Positions 19,003-28,417 of a stretch of DNA of 58,538 nt are shown one piece after another. The translations under genes and the position numbers were made by a program. The notes beneath the pieces are model-generated. The model was not told the origin of the DNA. It did no database searches and saw only the letters and a program-made list of their open reading frames with translations. Source of the DNA: a virus (Duplodnaviria > Caudoviricetes); IMG/VR virus record IMGVR_UViG_3300038463_000101, positions 1-58,538 of that record; one strand, written 5' to 3'. Numbering within the stretch: the first letter of the stretch is position 1; every line of letters begins with the position of its first letter.

Positions 19003-19068
19003 ATGAACGATTTTGGTAAAGTTGCCAATCGCCACAAAAAGGGCGGCAAGAAAAAGCACAAAAAGTAA
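19003..19068 (+). CDS. 21-aa Lys-rich peptide
   Basis: MNDFGKVANRHKKGGKKKHKK; RBS GGGAGG. Confidence 0.6.
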   Translation: MNDFGKVANRHKKGGKKKHKK

Positions 19069-19189
19069 TCCCACCCTTGCCCACCGGACAACGATAGGCT
19101 CTGGCCTATCCCCGATGCACAAGGGTCAACCGTAGGTCAGGGGCGGGCGTAGGACGACGTACCGCCTCATAAAAACAAGGAGCCATGTC

Positions 19190-19267
19190 ATGAAGAAGAT
19201 GGGCAGGAAAAAGAGCAAGATGAAGGGCGACCTTCACAGTAAGGGCGGCATCGGTAAGGGCAAATAA
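19190..19267 (+). CDS. 25-aa Lys-rich peptide
   Basis: MKKMGRKKSKMKGDLHSKGGIGKGK; RBS AAGGAG; TAATG coupling to next gene. Confidence 0.65.
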   Translation: MKKMGRKKSKMKGDLHSKGGIGKGK

Positions 19268-19551
19268 TGGCATCGCAGCCCATCCCGGCCCCCAGCGGCG
19301 GCAGTCCCAGCCCGGAGTCAAACCCCGGACCTGGCGGTGGCTTTCCGTCACCGGCTCCCGCGCAGACGGACCCGAATGCGGCAGCAGCCACAGAAGCGGT
19401 CATCAAAACCGTGCAGTCAATGCGCATGGTCGGCGAGAAATACCCGCAGACCGTGAGCAAGGTGAAACAGATTAACGATTTGATCGCGCAAATCATTCAG
19501 GACATTAAGGGTGGACAGGGGCCAACGGAACCGAAGGCACCGCCAGTGTAA
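19267..19551 (+). CDS. Pro-rich hypothetical head-region protein
   Basis: 94 aa upstream of scaffold. Confidence 0.7.
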   Translation: MASQPIPAPSGGSPSPESNPGPGGGFPSPAPAQTDPNAAAATEAVIKTVQSMRMVGEKYPQTVSKVKQINDLIAQIIQDIKGGQGPTEPKAPPV

Positions 19552-19554
19552 TTT

Positions 19555-20409
19555 ATGCCGAAACTAGAAGAACTTTATAAAGCCAAAGGGTTTACGGATG
19601 CGGACCTTGAACTACTCAAGCCGCTCCTGACCGACCAGCGCTACCGCAGCGTGGTCGAGGAAACCCTGCAAAATCTTGAGACTGAAGCCACTCTATTCAA
19701 GACCGAGAACGAGCGTTGGGACGCATGGCACAAAGGCGACGGCCAAAAGCTCATGAACGACCTGGAGCGCGAGAAGCTGGAAGCCATCGAACGCGCGGCC
19801 TCCCTCGAAGCTCGACTGAAGGAAGCGGAGAAATCCGGCTTTTCTCCTCGCCGTGAAGACCCCGCGCCGAACCCAAACCCCGCCACTCCCGCAACGCCGG
19901 CCTTCGACGCTAAAAAGCTCGGACTGGTCACGATGGATGACGCCAAGCGTTTTCTTGAAGCGGAAGGGCAGGCCATCGCGCAAGCCGCCGACATCATCGA
20001 AGAGTACCGCATCCTATCCGGCGGCAAGTCGCTATTCGACTACGAATACCGGACGCAGGATGGCCGCACGCTGCGCGGCATGGAAGCGATACGCGCCGAG
20101 AAGACGGACCCGAACATCAGCCTCAAGCAGTTCGCAGCCAAGAAATTCGACTTTGAAGGCAAGCGCAACGCCATCGCGGAGAAACAAAGACTGGCGGCCG
20201 AAGAAGCCATCCGCGCCGACGAACGCGCCAAATTCGTTCAGCAATACGGCCAGCCGGGGCAAGGCCCGATGATGCCGTCGAAAGAGCCGTTCATCCCCCG
20301 CCCGCGCGAAGGCACAACCGGCCATCCGTGGGAACGCGGCAGCGCCTCGGAACAACGAGCGCAGCGCATTGAACGCGCGATGAAAACGCAGATACAGGCA
20401 GTGAATTAA
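19555..20409 (+). CDS. putative capsid scaffolding protein
   Basis: Charged helical/coiled-coil 284 aa directly upstream of the capsid gene. Confidence 0.65.
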   Translation: MPKLEELYKAKGFTDADLELLKPLLTDQRYRSVVEETLQNLETEATLFKTENERWDAWHKGDGQKLMNDLEREKLEAIERAASLEARLKEAEKSGFSPRREDPAPNPNPATPATPAFDAKKLGLVTMDDAKRFLEAEGQAIAQAADIIEEYRILSGGKSLFDYEYRTQDGRTLRGMEAIRAEKTDPNISLKQFAAKKFDFEGKRNAIAEKQRLAAEEAIRADERAKFVQQYGQPGQGPMMPSKEPFIPRPREGTTGHPWERGSASEQRAQRIERAMKTQIQAVN

Positions 20410-20420
20410 GGTAACCAACT

Positions 20421-21590
20421 ATGGCAAGCCCGGACCCTTTGTTTGACCAAATTTCCGCTACCACTCTCAGCGATCTCCGACGCGATGCTGTGCAAGATAA
20501 CTTCTTTGTCGAGGGCGCATGGCAGCGCATCACGCGCTACTACCACGCGGAAGATCCATTCTTCGGCGGGACATGGATGCAAGAGCCGTTCATGTTCAAC
20601 CGCGTGAATGGCGGCGCGTACAACCCCGGACAGGACGTCGAGGTAGCGCAGGTGCAAATCCTCGCGGCAATGGCCTTCCAGCCACGCGCCTACAAGGAAG
20701 ACGTTCCGATCAATATGTGGCAGACGGAGGTGATTAACGCGGGACCGGCAGCGGCAGTGAGCACCTACGACACGTATATGACGAACGCGGTCCAAGCGCT
20801 GTCAACCGATTTGAATATCGACGCCTACCAGCATGGCCAGCCAGCCAGTGCCACCGTCACCAATAACCGCGTCATCTTCATGAACGGTATTGACGAGGCA
20901 CTGAACGATGGCGTCAACCCGACCGTCTACGGCAACATCTACACCACCTATGGCGGGCAGACGCGCAATGGGCAAGTCGGCAACGTGCTGAATGCGATTC
21001 CGATTTGGGCGGGCGACTCCAACGGCAATACCGGCCCCGTCTCCTACGGTCTTCTGTTCGGCGGGTCTTACCTGAATTGCGTGCAAGAACCGGACACCGG
21101 TCTTTGCAATAAAGCGGCTTTTGGCTACATTGCCAACCGCAACGAGCCGAAACAGCGGTTCGCGCAGGAAGAGAAGGATGTTCGTATCGGCTTGACCGGC
21201 TTCCGAATCATGGACGCCATGATTCACGTTGACAAGCTGGCGCCCTCGACCAAGTTCGGAAACATTCTGCCTTCCGGCCTCTCGCAGACGACTCCTGGCC
21301 CGCTGTCCAACTTCACCAGCCCGTCGTATTCCCCGGTTGTTGGGTCTAGCAACACGGTATCCAACTTTCCGGCCTCGAAGACCTGCCAGCCCGGTGAGCC
21401 GTTCTACTGGCTCCGGTTGCAGGACTTCAAGTTGCGGCCCGCGCGTAGCCCGGAGTACAACCACAATTTCACGCCGCCGATTCGGACGCAGAACAACCCG
21501 GATTTGATCGTAATGTTTTACAAAGCCGCCACAAATTATTACACGACAAGTCCAAGAGATAACAGCATGGTAGTTGGAATCGGCTCATAA
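20421..21590 (+). CDS. major capsid protein
   Basis: 389 aa after scaffold; QISATT...DNFF...GGT...EPF N-terminal pattern of HK97-fold capsids; synteny. Confidence 0.8.
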   Translation: MASPDPLFDQISATTLSDLRRDAVQDNFFVEGAWQRITRYYHAEDPFFGGTWMQEPFMFNRVNGGAYNPGQDVEVAQVQILAAMAFQPRAYKEDVPINMWQTEVINAGPAAAVSTYDTYMTNAVQALSTDLNIDAYQHGQPASATVTNNRVIFMNGIDEALNDGVNPTVYGNIYTTYGGQTRNGQVGNVLNAIPIWAGDSNGNTGPVSYGLLFGGSYLNCVQEPDTGLCNKAAFGYIANRNEPKQRFAQEEKDVRIGLTGFRIMDAMIHVDKLAPSTKFGNILPSGLSQTTPGPLSNFTSPSYSPVVGSSNTVSNFPASKTCQPGEPFYWLRLQDFKLRPARSPEYNHNFTPPIRTQNNPDLIVMFYKAATNYYTTSPRDNSMVVGIGS

Positions 21591-21608
21591 AGTGTTATAC
21601 TAAGACAC

Positions 21609-22268
21609 ATGAGACAGACACAACGTATGGCTAGTTTGATTGGCAAGGCTGGTGAGCACGCGGTGGCCGCGCAACTCATGATAAGGGGCATGGGAATATA
21701 TTTTCCCGCGTCCGATTATGGCGTTGACTTGATTGCCGAAAATGGTTGCCGCATTCAGGTGAAGTCTTCGCACTTAGCGACTACCGAAAAAATGATTGCG
21801 AAGCGTGGCGAGACGAGTTATACGTTCCCGCTGCGTAGGCAGAAACGAATCGCAGTGGCTGACTCTAAGTGCCGCATGATCGATCGGCCTAAATTGGCTG
21901 AAGTTTGCGATGTCCTCGCGTGCTGGGGTATTGACCAGAATCGATTTTGGCTTATTCCATCAGCGGTGGCGGATAAATCGAGTTGCCTGATTCTGGGTCG
22001 TCCGCAGCCGCGCAAGTTCGTTGGCTCGATGGAAGACGTTCGGCAGATGGTGAAGCTTGGCTATACCCATCAGCAAATCGCCAATCACTATGGCGTAGCC
22101 AGAACGTCAATCACGATTTTCCTTAACCGGGAAAACTTTGAGAGCCAAGAGGCTGACGGCACGATGATAGCGCGGCAGTGCGAGAACGCCTGGGAAAACA
22201 TCATCGACTTCAAACGAGAGGATTCCGTAGTTGCCGTGCAAGAACGCGCGGCGCAAGAGGAGACTTAA
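21609..22268 (+). CDS. PD-(D/E)XK homing endonuclease with C-terminal HTH
   Basis: GKAGEHAVAAQL...DYGVDLI...RIQVKS; THQQIANHYGVARTSI; own TGnTATACT promoter. Confidence 0.8.
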   Translation: MRQTQRMASLIGKAGEHAVAAQLMIRGMGIYFPASDYGVDLIAENGCRIQVKSSHLATTEKMIAKRGETSYTFPLRRQKRIAVADSKCRMIDRPKLAEVCDVLACWGIDQNRFWLIPSAVADKSSCLILGRPQPRKFVGSMEDVRQMVKLGYTHQQIANHYGVARTSITIFLNRENFESQEADGTMIARQCENAWENIIDFKREDSVVAVQERAAQEET

Positions 22269-23042
22269 ATGGCATCAGGACGTTTCTCAAAACAGGCGGT
22301 TTGGACCGGCCCCCGGCAAATCAACAGCAATAACGCCTTCGACAACCAGATTGGCGGGACGCTGAACACGTTCCCCGGCGGCGTAACGGCGACCGGCGCG
22401 AACCAAGGATTCCAAACCCTCCCTGGCGACCGCGTGATTTTATCGCCTTCGGACGCCCTCGTTTGGTCGAACAACAACGTCGGCAACCTGTATACCGGCA
22501 CATTCCGGTATGTGTCGATGCGGAACAACTCGACGGCCACGCCGGAGCGAGCACGCGCGGCATTCTGGGATCTGAACGCGGCTGGCGGAAACAACAACGT
22601 TTCGAGCGAGGCGTCCGATGCGCTCTATCAGGTGACCCCGGACGAAGGGGCGAATAGCTCTGTGGCGTTCATGGCGGGCGTTTATATCAACAACGTTTCG
22701 GTGAACAACAACAATTCCTGGTACTGGTGGATTCAGGAATCTGGCAAGACGAGTGTGCGCTTCGTTGGGAACAACGGAACTGTGGTTTACGGGTCGGGAG
22801 CGAATAACAACCTGGCGGCCGGAGCGGCGATTGCCAGTGGCGTTTACCTCGCGGCGGCCAGCAACGCGAACAACCAGCTCACCGTGGGCCTGTTCAACAC
22901 GTCAGGAAACGCGAACGCGACAACGAACAACCTGATCGACAATATGCTGGTGCGCTACGTTGGGCCGGCGGAAACGGCTCCGACGAACGGGAATATCTCG
23001 CTGGTGGACATCACGTTGGCCAGAGCATCGTTCCGGTGGTAG
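22269..23042 (+). CDS. Asn-rich putative capsid decoration/minor head protein
   Basis: Follows the capsid gene; FRYV and WWIQESG features; ~15% Asn by hand count. Confidence 0.6.
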   Translation: MASGRFSKQAVWTGPRQINSNNAFDNQIGGTLNTFPGGVTATGANQGFQTLPGDRVILSPSDALVWSNNNVGNLYTGTFRYVSMRNNSTATPERARAAFWDLNAAGGNNNVSSEASDALYQVTPDEGANSSVAFMAGVYINNVSVNNNNSWYWWIQESGKTSVRFVGNNGTVVYGSGANNNLAAGAAIASGVYLAAASNANNQLTVGLFNTSGNANATTNNLIDNMLVRYVGPAETAPTNGNISLVDITLARASFRW

Positions 23043-23077
23043 AATAGCCGTAATCGTAAACATTCCTCCGAAGCGAG

Positions 23078-23116
23078 AACCGCCAGTAGCCGAGCCCCTC
23101 GGACTGGCGGTTTTTG
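23078..23116 (+). terminator. intrinsic terminator
   Basis: AACCGCCAGT...ACTGGCGGTT followed by TTTG. Confidence 0.75.
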
Positions 23117-23131
23117 TTATGATTGAGCCGT

Positions 23132-23311
23132 ATGCCAGCCCCGCCGTTCTACGACAAAACCTACATGGATGCGATAGAAACGCGCTTGGCAGCGCTCGAA
23201 GCCGCCAATAGCCAACCAGCCATCGAACCCCGCGTGGCCGCAATAGAGAACACGCTGGAGAAGGTAGACGCGGCTTTACAACCCACGCCAGCACCGAAGG
23301 CCGCCAAGTGA
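23132..23311 (+). CDS. small coiled-coil protein
   Basis: IETRLAALE / IEPRVAAIE internal repeat; TATGAT upstream. Confidence 0.6.
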   Translation: MPAPPFYDKTYMDAIETRLAALEAANSQPAIEPRVAAIENTLEKVDAALQPTPAPKAAK

Positions 23312-23529
23312 GGAACCCGGAAGACCGGACTCCCGCCGAAGCCCGCGAGATTGGGCGGCTCATGACGGCGCATAAAGTGGCGACGGACCCAGAAGCGAAG
23401 GCAAGGGTGGAGTCTGTTTACGGGGTAGCTTACTGCCAACAGAGGTATCCAGAGGCGTATGTAAGCACCAATAACCGGGCGGGATTCTCGAAGATGTTAG
23501 ATAGGGTGAGGGCGGCGATTCCGTGGTGA
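23308..23529 (+). CDS. hypothetical protein
   Basis: GTGA overlap, 73 aa. Confidence 0.55.
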   Translation: MRNPEDRTPAEAREIGRLMTAHKVATDPEAKARVESVYGVAYCQQRYPEAYVSTNNRAGFSKMLDRVRAAIPW

Positions 23530-23593
23530 GGTTTTGGTGGTGGTTGCGGCATAGCTCCAACAGCGCGTGTGAATCTTAACCTTAACACGGCTG

Positions 23594-23622
23594 TTGCGTC
23601 TTGGTAGCGACTAGGGTAGAAT
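23594..23622 (+). promoter_or_regulatory. sigma70 promoter with TGGTAGCGACTAGG spacer
   Basis: TTGCGT-CTTGGTAGCGACTAGGG(17)-TAGAAT. Confidence 0.8.
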
Positions 23623-23632
23623 TATTTTCAGA

Positions 23633-23881
23633 ATGGATTTTACCCGTAGTTCAGTCCTTACCCCTGAAGTATCTACCGCCATTGATGATGCTTTTGAGTA
23701 TCACAAATGGACAGATGAGCAAGTCGAGGCAGGCAAAGCGATTCGCCAAGCCTTAGCCGATGCAGTCAAAGCCATTATAAAAGGCGCTCCTCCCTGTCCA
23801 GACCGGACGACCGCGATTCGCAAGTTGAGGGAAGCACGGATGGATGCAAACTCCGCGATTACGCACGGAGGCAAATACTAA
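23633..23881 (+). CDS. Acb2/Tad1-like hairpin protein (putative cyclic-nucleotide sponge)
   Basis: F.YH....EQ...IR...P.CPDRTTAIRKLREARMDANSAI resembles the Acb2/Tad1 helical-hairpin signature. Confidence 0.65.
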   Translation: MDFTRSSVLTPEVSTAIDDAFEYHKWTDEQVEAGKAIRQALADAVKAIIKGAPPCPDRTTAIRKLREARMDANSAITHGGKY

Positions 23882-23884
23882 GCC

Positions 23885-24082
23885 TTGCCGATGGATAGTC
23901 CAGACGTTTACACCCCTCCCAGCCGCGAGCAGGCCATCAAATACCTAGTGGAAGCGGCAGATGAAGTCATCGCAATTAACGCCGAATCCCACTTCACCGG
24001 ATCTCGCCTGAACCATGCCATAGGCAAGCTTGATGGCGCGTTTCAGACCTTCAAGATGGTCGATGAGGAGGCGGGGAAGTGA
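23885..24082 (+). CDS. hypothetical protein
   Basis: 65 aa, overlaps glycosyltransferase start. Confidence 0.5.
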   Translation: MPMDSPDVYTPPSREQAIKYLVEAADEVIAINAESHFTGSRLNHAIGKLDGAFQTFKMVDEEAGK

Positions 24083-24912
24083 GAAAAACTTTATACACCC
24101 TCAACATCGACAATTACGAGCCCGCCATCTGCGATCTGACCTACCCGCTGATGAAGCACTATGCCAATAAAATCGGCGCTCAGTTCCACATCATCTCCGA
24201 ACGGAAGTTCCCGGACTGGCCGGTGACGTATGAGAAGTTGCAAGTGGCCGAGTTCGCGAGCGCCTTCGATGACGAGTGGAGCATCTTTATAGACTCCGAC
24301 ACACTGATCAATCCAGAAATGTTCGACGTGACCGAGCAGATGGGCAAGGATACCGTCTGCCACAACGGTAAGGACTTCGCCAACGTCCGATGGTCCTACG
24401 ACAAGTATTTCCGCCGCGACGGGCGTGGCTGGGGCTCCTGCAACTGGTTTACGGTCGGATCTGAATGGACCCGCGACGACCTCTGGCGGCCGCTCGATGA
24501 CCTCACCCTTGAGCAAGCGCTGGCCAATATCCACATCACGGTCGGAGAGCACAACAGCGGGCATTGCAAGACAGAGCATCTGATTGACGACTACACCCTC
24601 AGCCGCAATATCGCCCGCTTCGGCCTCAAAGCCACTACCGTAGGCGACATCTGCGGTAACCTTGGATGGAAAGGCCCGGATGGTAAAGGCTTCAGCCCGT
24701 TCCTGTTCCATCTCTACACTTTGTCTTCCGCCGACAAATTGAAACGCATGATCGCCGTACTCACAACGCCGAACGGAAAACCCTACTGGGAAGATGGCCG
24801 CGGCGGGTTTCAGCAGCAGCCCACCGTGGCAGGGCAACCGCCGGCTGGCGCGGGGTGGGGGTTGATGACGCCAGAGGATTTGGGGAAGTTTAAGGAGAAG
24901 TGGGGAGTATGA
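24079..24912 (+). CDS. GT-A fold glycosyltransferase-like protein
   Basis: P.MKHYA.KIGA.F, YEKLQV, IFIDSDTLI (DxD motif), FLFH. Confidence 0.7.
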   Translation: MRKTLYTLNIDNYEPAICDLTYPLMKHYANKIGAQFHIISERKFPDWPVTYEKLQVAEFASAFDDEWSIFIDSDTLINPEMFDVTEQMGKDTVCHNGKDFANVRWSYDKYFRRDGRGWGSCNWFTVGSEWTRDDLWRPLDDLTLEQALANIHITVGEHNSGHCKTEHLIDDYTLSRNIARFGLKATTVGDICGNLGWKGPDGKGFSPFLFHLYTLSSADKLKRMIAVLTTPNGKPYWEDGRGGFQQQPTVAGQPPAGAGWGLMTPEDLGKFKEKWGV

Positions 24913-25042
24913 AGCGTTTCGCTGTTCGTCGCTGTGGCGATATCTGGTATGCGGTTGACACGCTAATGCACCGCGTTTGGACCCGCAAGACGTGGAAGCA
25001 AGCGTTTAATTGCTTACTGTTTGAGTATGGAGCAGAGTACAA

Positions 25043-25390
25043 ATGAAGGAAGGGCAGTTCGTCGCACTGGTGGCGGTAATCGCTTGGGCGTCCTGGGTCG
25101 TTTGGATAGGAGTCAGGTCATTGAAACGCCAGCCCCGACTTAAGCCCTCCGACATCCCCGTAGCTCGGCTAAACAAAGGCCCTTTGCTGATTCTATTTGA
25201 CCAGAATTTAGTCAGCAAGTCGAACATCAACGAAGCACAACTTTGGATGAAGCGCAAAGGCATCGACTGCTTGGCGCTTGGCACGTTCGATACATTCCAA
25301 ATCAACATCGTGGATCTTGGGCAAGTGCCCGACGCCGACATCAACGAAATACGCCGCTTGATTGCGGAGAAAGTGACGGTGAGCGCGTGA
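25043..25390 (+). CDS. membrane-anchored hypothetical protein
   Basis: N-terminal hydrophobic helix. Confidence 0.5.
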   Translation: MKEGQFVALVAVIAWASWVVWIGVRSLKRQPRLKPSDIPVARLNKGPLLILFDQNLVSKSNINEAQLWMKRKGIDCLALGTFDTFQINIVDLGQVPDADINEIRRLIAEKVTVSA

Positions 25391-25974
25391 GCGAGCGCCC
25401 CGGCATCATCTACCTTGCGGTGAACCGCGTAAATGGTAAAAAGTACGTTGGGCAAACCACGCGCTCTATGTGGGCCAGAATCAGGGAGCATAAATACAAG
25501 TCCCAAAGTGGCCGTTTCCGGCAATTATTTTCCAAGGCAGTTGCTGAGTTCGGACTATCCACCTTTGAGTTTTCCGAGCTTGAAGTGTGTAGGCAATCAG
25601 AACTTACTGACCGCGAGACTTTCTGGATAGCCCATCACGATTGCGTCTCACCGAATGGATATAACGTTTCGGCTGGCGGTTCCGGCTTGGGTTGCAAGCG
25701 CTCACCAGAACACGTCAACAGTATCAGAATGGCTTTTCTTGGCAAACCCAAGTCCGAAGAGCACAAAGCTAAACTATGTGGCCCTAAGACGGCGGAGCAC
25801 ATCGCCAATTCCTCAAAGGCTAGGCAGTCAGAAGAATATAAGCGTCGAGCCTCCGACAGCCAACTGGCGGCGTGGGGAAAACGTGACCGCGAAGCTCAAC
25901 GCCAACGCACATTAGCGCAGTGGGCGAAGAGAAAAGCCGAAGGCTACACTCGGTTGAAGAGGGAAACAGCATGA
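25387..25974 (+). CDS. GIY-YIG homing endonuclease (NUMOD3)
   Basis: GIIYLAVNRVNGKKYVGQT, ETFWI, PNGYN..AGG, SEEHKAKL; GTG start overlapping upstream TGA. Confidence 0.9.
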   Translation: MSERPGIIYLAVNRVNGKKYVGQTTRSMWARIREHKYKSQSGRFRQLFSKAVAEFGLSTFEFSELEVCRQSELTDRETFWIAHHDCVSPNGYNVSAGGSGLGCKRSPEHVNSIRMAFLGKPKSEEHKAKLCGPKTAEHIANSSKARQSEEYKRRASDSQLAAWGKRDREAQRQRTLAQWAKRKAEGYTRLKRETA

Positions 25975-27050
25975 AGTCACCAGCCGAGCACGTAACGATC
26001 CAAATCGAATTAACTTCGGCGTGCGTTAAGCGCTGCTCAAATTGCACCAGATTTTCAGGAACAAAACAGCGCGAATCGTTTATCACCGAAGAAAACTTCA
26101 AAAAGGCGATTGACTCTCTTGTAGAGTACTCTAAGCAACCGCATGCGCTAGTTGGGTTTATGGGCGGCGAAAGTTTGCTGCACCCTGCATTTCCTGAATT
26201 TTGCGAATATGCTTTAGCAAAGATTGGCCGCGAAAAACTGGGGCTTTGGTCAACATTTCCCGACGCGCCAAAATACATCGGGTATCGTGAGATCATTTGC
26301 AAGACATTTTCTTGCGTTTTGTTGAACGATCATAGCCGTGACGACATTCTCCACGCGCCAGTGCTGATGGCGAGCGAAGAATACTTTCAGGTGACTTGCA
26401 ATACATGCGGAGGGTTGCCCGCACATTCGCCCGACGAAGTCTGTCCGACGTGCCAAGGCAAAGGCACCGTGACCGATGATCGCGCCTTATTCCTCGCTAC
26501 CGAGCATTGCTGGATTCAAGAGCGCTGGTCTTCATCCATCAACAATAAGGGCGCATGGTTCTGTGAAGTAGCGGCAGCTCTCGCTGATTTGTTTGACGGT
26601 CCCGATGGGTGGGACGTGGAGGCTGGCTGGTGGAGACGCACGCCGATGGACTTCAAGGAACAGCGCGAGTGGGCGTGTAAAAAGTGCGGCGCTGCGTTGC
26701 CGTTAGAGCGAGTCCGCAACAGCCAAGACAATCGGGATGACGTGTCTCCCGGCAATCTGGAAAGACTGAAGGCCATCAAGTCGCGCAAAGTGGCGAAGGG
26801 CGAGTATGAGGTGCGCGATAAATTCGTGTTTGATCGAGCACTGATCGAGAACGGCACGTATCCGAGACAGACTTATCAAGATGAAATGTACCGCAGGGGC
26901 ATAGCCGCCCGCTACGGTATTGAACTTGTAATGAACAAGCGCGGATACTGGGAACCCGTTCTTATGAAAGGTGACTGGCGTAACCAGCAAGCGCCGATGC
27001 CCGCCCCGCCGCCGCCGAGCCTGTACCAGATTATGAGCAGTCAAGGGTAA
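25971..27050 (+). CDS. radical SAM protein with SPASM/twitch-like C-terminus
   Basis: IQIELTSACVKRCSNC (CX3CX2C), GGESLLHP, CWIQ..W, WFCEVA, CKKCG. Confidence 0.9.
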   Translation: MKSPAEHVTIQIELTSACVKRCSNCTRFSGTKQRESFITEENFKKAIDSLVEYSKQPHALVGFMGGESLLHPAFPEFCEYALAKIGREKLGLWSTFPDAPKYIGYREIICKTFSCVLLNDHSRDDILHAPVLMASEEYFQVTCNTCGGLPAHSPDEVCPTCQGKGTVTDDRALFLATEHCWIQERWSSSINNKGAWFCEVAAALADLFDGPDGWDVEAGWWRRTPMDFKEQREWACKKCGAALPLERVRNSQDNRDDVSPGNLERLKAIKSRKVAKGEYEVRDKFVFDRALIENGTYPRQTYQDEMYRRGIAARYGIELVMNKRGYWEPVLMKGDWRNQQAPMPAPPPPSLYQIMSSQG

Positions 27051-27238
27051 CGATGGCACGCCATCCCATCACTTGCACGTGCAAGCAGTGTGAAGACAAC
27101 TTCAAGCAACTTGAGCGCTTGATGGAGTGGATAAAAAAGCACGGCGCAACGGCTGCATCCATCAACGACTTTGCCGAATCAGAGGGCGAAACGCCCGATA
27201 AGTTTACCGTCAGCGTGTGCAAAAGGTAAACTTATCTC

Positions 27239-27604
27239 ATGCCCCAGCTTCCCAAAATGAACATCCCCTGCGACGGCTACCCGGCCTCCGCAGCGCTGTG
27301 CGTAAAGAAGCATTACGTGGGCGATCATTTCGGAAGCAACAACTACCAGCAGGGCGGCTACAACATCAACGCCAGCGACTTAGCGATGTCTGGATTCGAG
27401 TGGGTGAACTTTACAGCAGGCAGTAATTCCGGCAATTACACGGCCTCGGCCACGCTCGCGGGCGCTTCCGGAAACATGGAACAGCGGGCGCGGGTGTTTC
27501 CTTCCATTGCGATGCAGTGGTATTACGCGAACAACAGCAACGAAGTGGCGAACAATACCGACCTGAGCGCGGAGTGTATCCGGCTGTTTGGGATAGGGTT
27601 ATGA
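27239..27604 (+). CDS. virion/decoration paralog 1
   Basis: Shares GDHFG..NY..GY, GMSGFE, WYYA.N...VANNTDLS.E with paralogs 2 and 3. Confidence 0.7.
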   Translation: MPQLPKMNIPCDGYPASAALCVKKHYVGDHFGSNNYQQGGYNINASDLAMSGFEWVNFTAGSNSGNYTASATLAGASGNMEQRARVFPSIAMQWYYANNSNEVANNTDLSAECIRLFGIGL

Positions 27605-27825
27605 AGGAGCAAGATCAGCACCCGCACGATTACGGTTGTCGCTGCCAACAGTGTTGCGCCATGAGCGCGGCCATTACCGCCGAGAATCCAGACGGCACGC
27701 CGTTCTTCAGCGATGAAGAATTATATGCACTGTCTGTAGCCAGCAATAACCCGATGCCCATGAGCGACCCGGAGCGCGATGCCTTCATGATGCGTGAGTG
27801 GATGGAGGCTAATCGACTACCATGA
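27601..27825 (+). CDS. small hypothetical protein
   Basis: ATGA overlaps at both ends. Confidence 0.45.
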   Translation: MKEQDQHPHDYGCRCQQCCAMSAAITAENPDGTPFFSDEELYALSVASNNPMPMSDPERDAFMMREWMEANRLP

Positions 27826-28025
27826 AGGAACGCTCGAAGAAAGGAATCCGCGCGGCACGTAAGGCACCTAAGCCGGTCATCGTTGTGAACCTTCCGATTC
27901 CCAACACGCCGCGGACCCTCTGGCCGAACTGGAGACGGATGACAGCGCGGGTGCGGTTAGGCGGTTCGCCAGTGCAGCGCATACAGCAGATTTTAGGGAC
28001 AGGGGTGACTGAGCAGGATGCCTAA
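27822..28025 (+). CDS. small basic hypothetical protein
   Basis: RBS GGAGG, overlaps paralog 2 start. Confidence 0.45.
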   Translation: MKERSKKGIRAARKAPKPVIVVNLPIPNTPRTLWPNWRRMTARVRLGGSPVQRIQQILGTGVTEQDA

Positions 28026-28374
28026 ACAGAACGTCGCTTGCGATGCGTACCCCAGCCCCGGCGCGATGGCCGTCAAGATTCCGTGGATTGGCGACCATTT
28101 CGGCCCCCAGAATTATCAGGCGAACGGATACAGTTTGACCGCATTCGCCCTGGGCATGTCCGGTTTCGAGTGGGTGGAGTTTACGGCCAGTTCAAACTCC
28201 GGCAATTACTTGGTGTCGGGGATACTCCCAGGCGGTGCAGGAAACACGGAATTTCGCGCGGTGACCTACCCCTACGTCACAGTTCAGTGGTTTTACGCGG
28301 CGAATGGAAATCAGGTGGCGAACAATACGAACTTGAGCGCGGAGCAGATTCGTTTGTTCGCGATAGGAATTTAG
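28018..28374 (+). CDS. virion/decoration paralog 2
   Basis: See paralog 1. Confidence 0.7.
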   Translation: MPKQNVACDAYPSPGAMAVKIPWIGDHFGPQNYQANGYSLTAFALGMSGFEWVEFTASSNSGNYLVSGILPGGAGNTEFRAVTYPYVTVQWFYAANGNQVANNTNLSAEQIRLFAIGI

Positions 28375-28417
28375 GGGGGGGCGCACCGCACCGCCTCAAT
28401 GGGCTACACTGAAACTT

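Noticed and set aside
12799-21590. Introns or inteins in terminase, portal or capsid genes
   Set aside because: ORFs are continuous and of normal size; the endonucleases lie between genes
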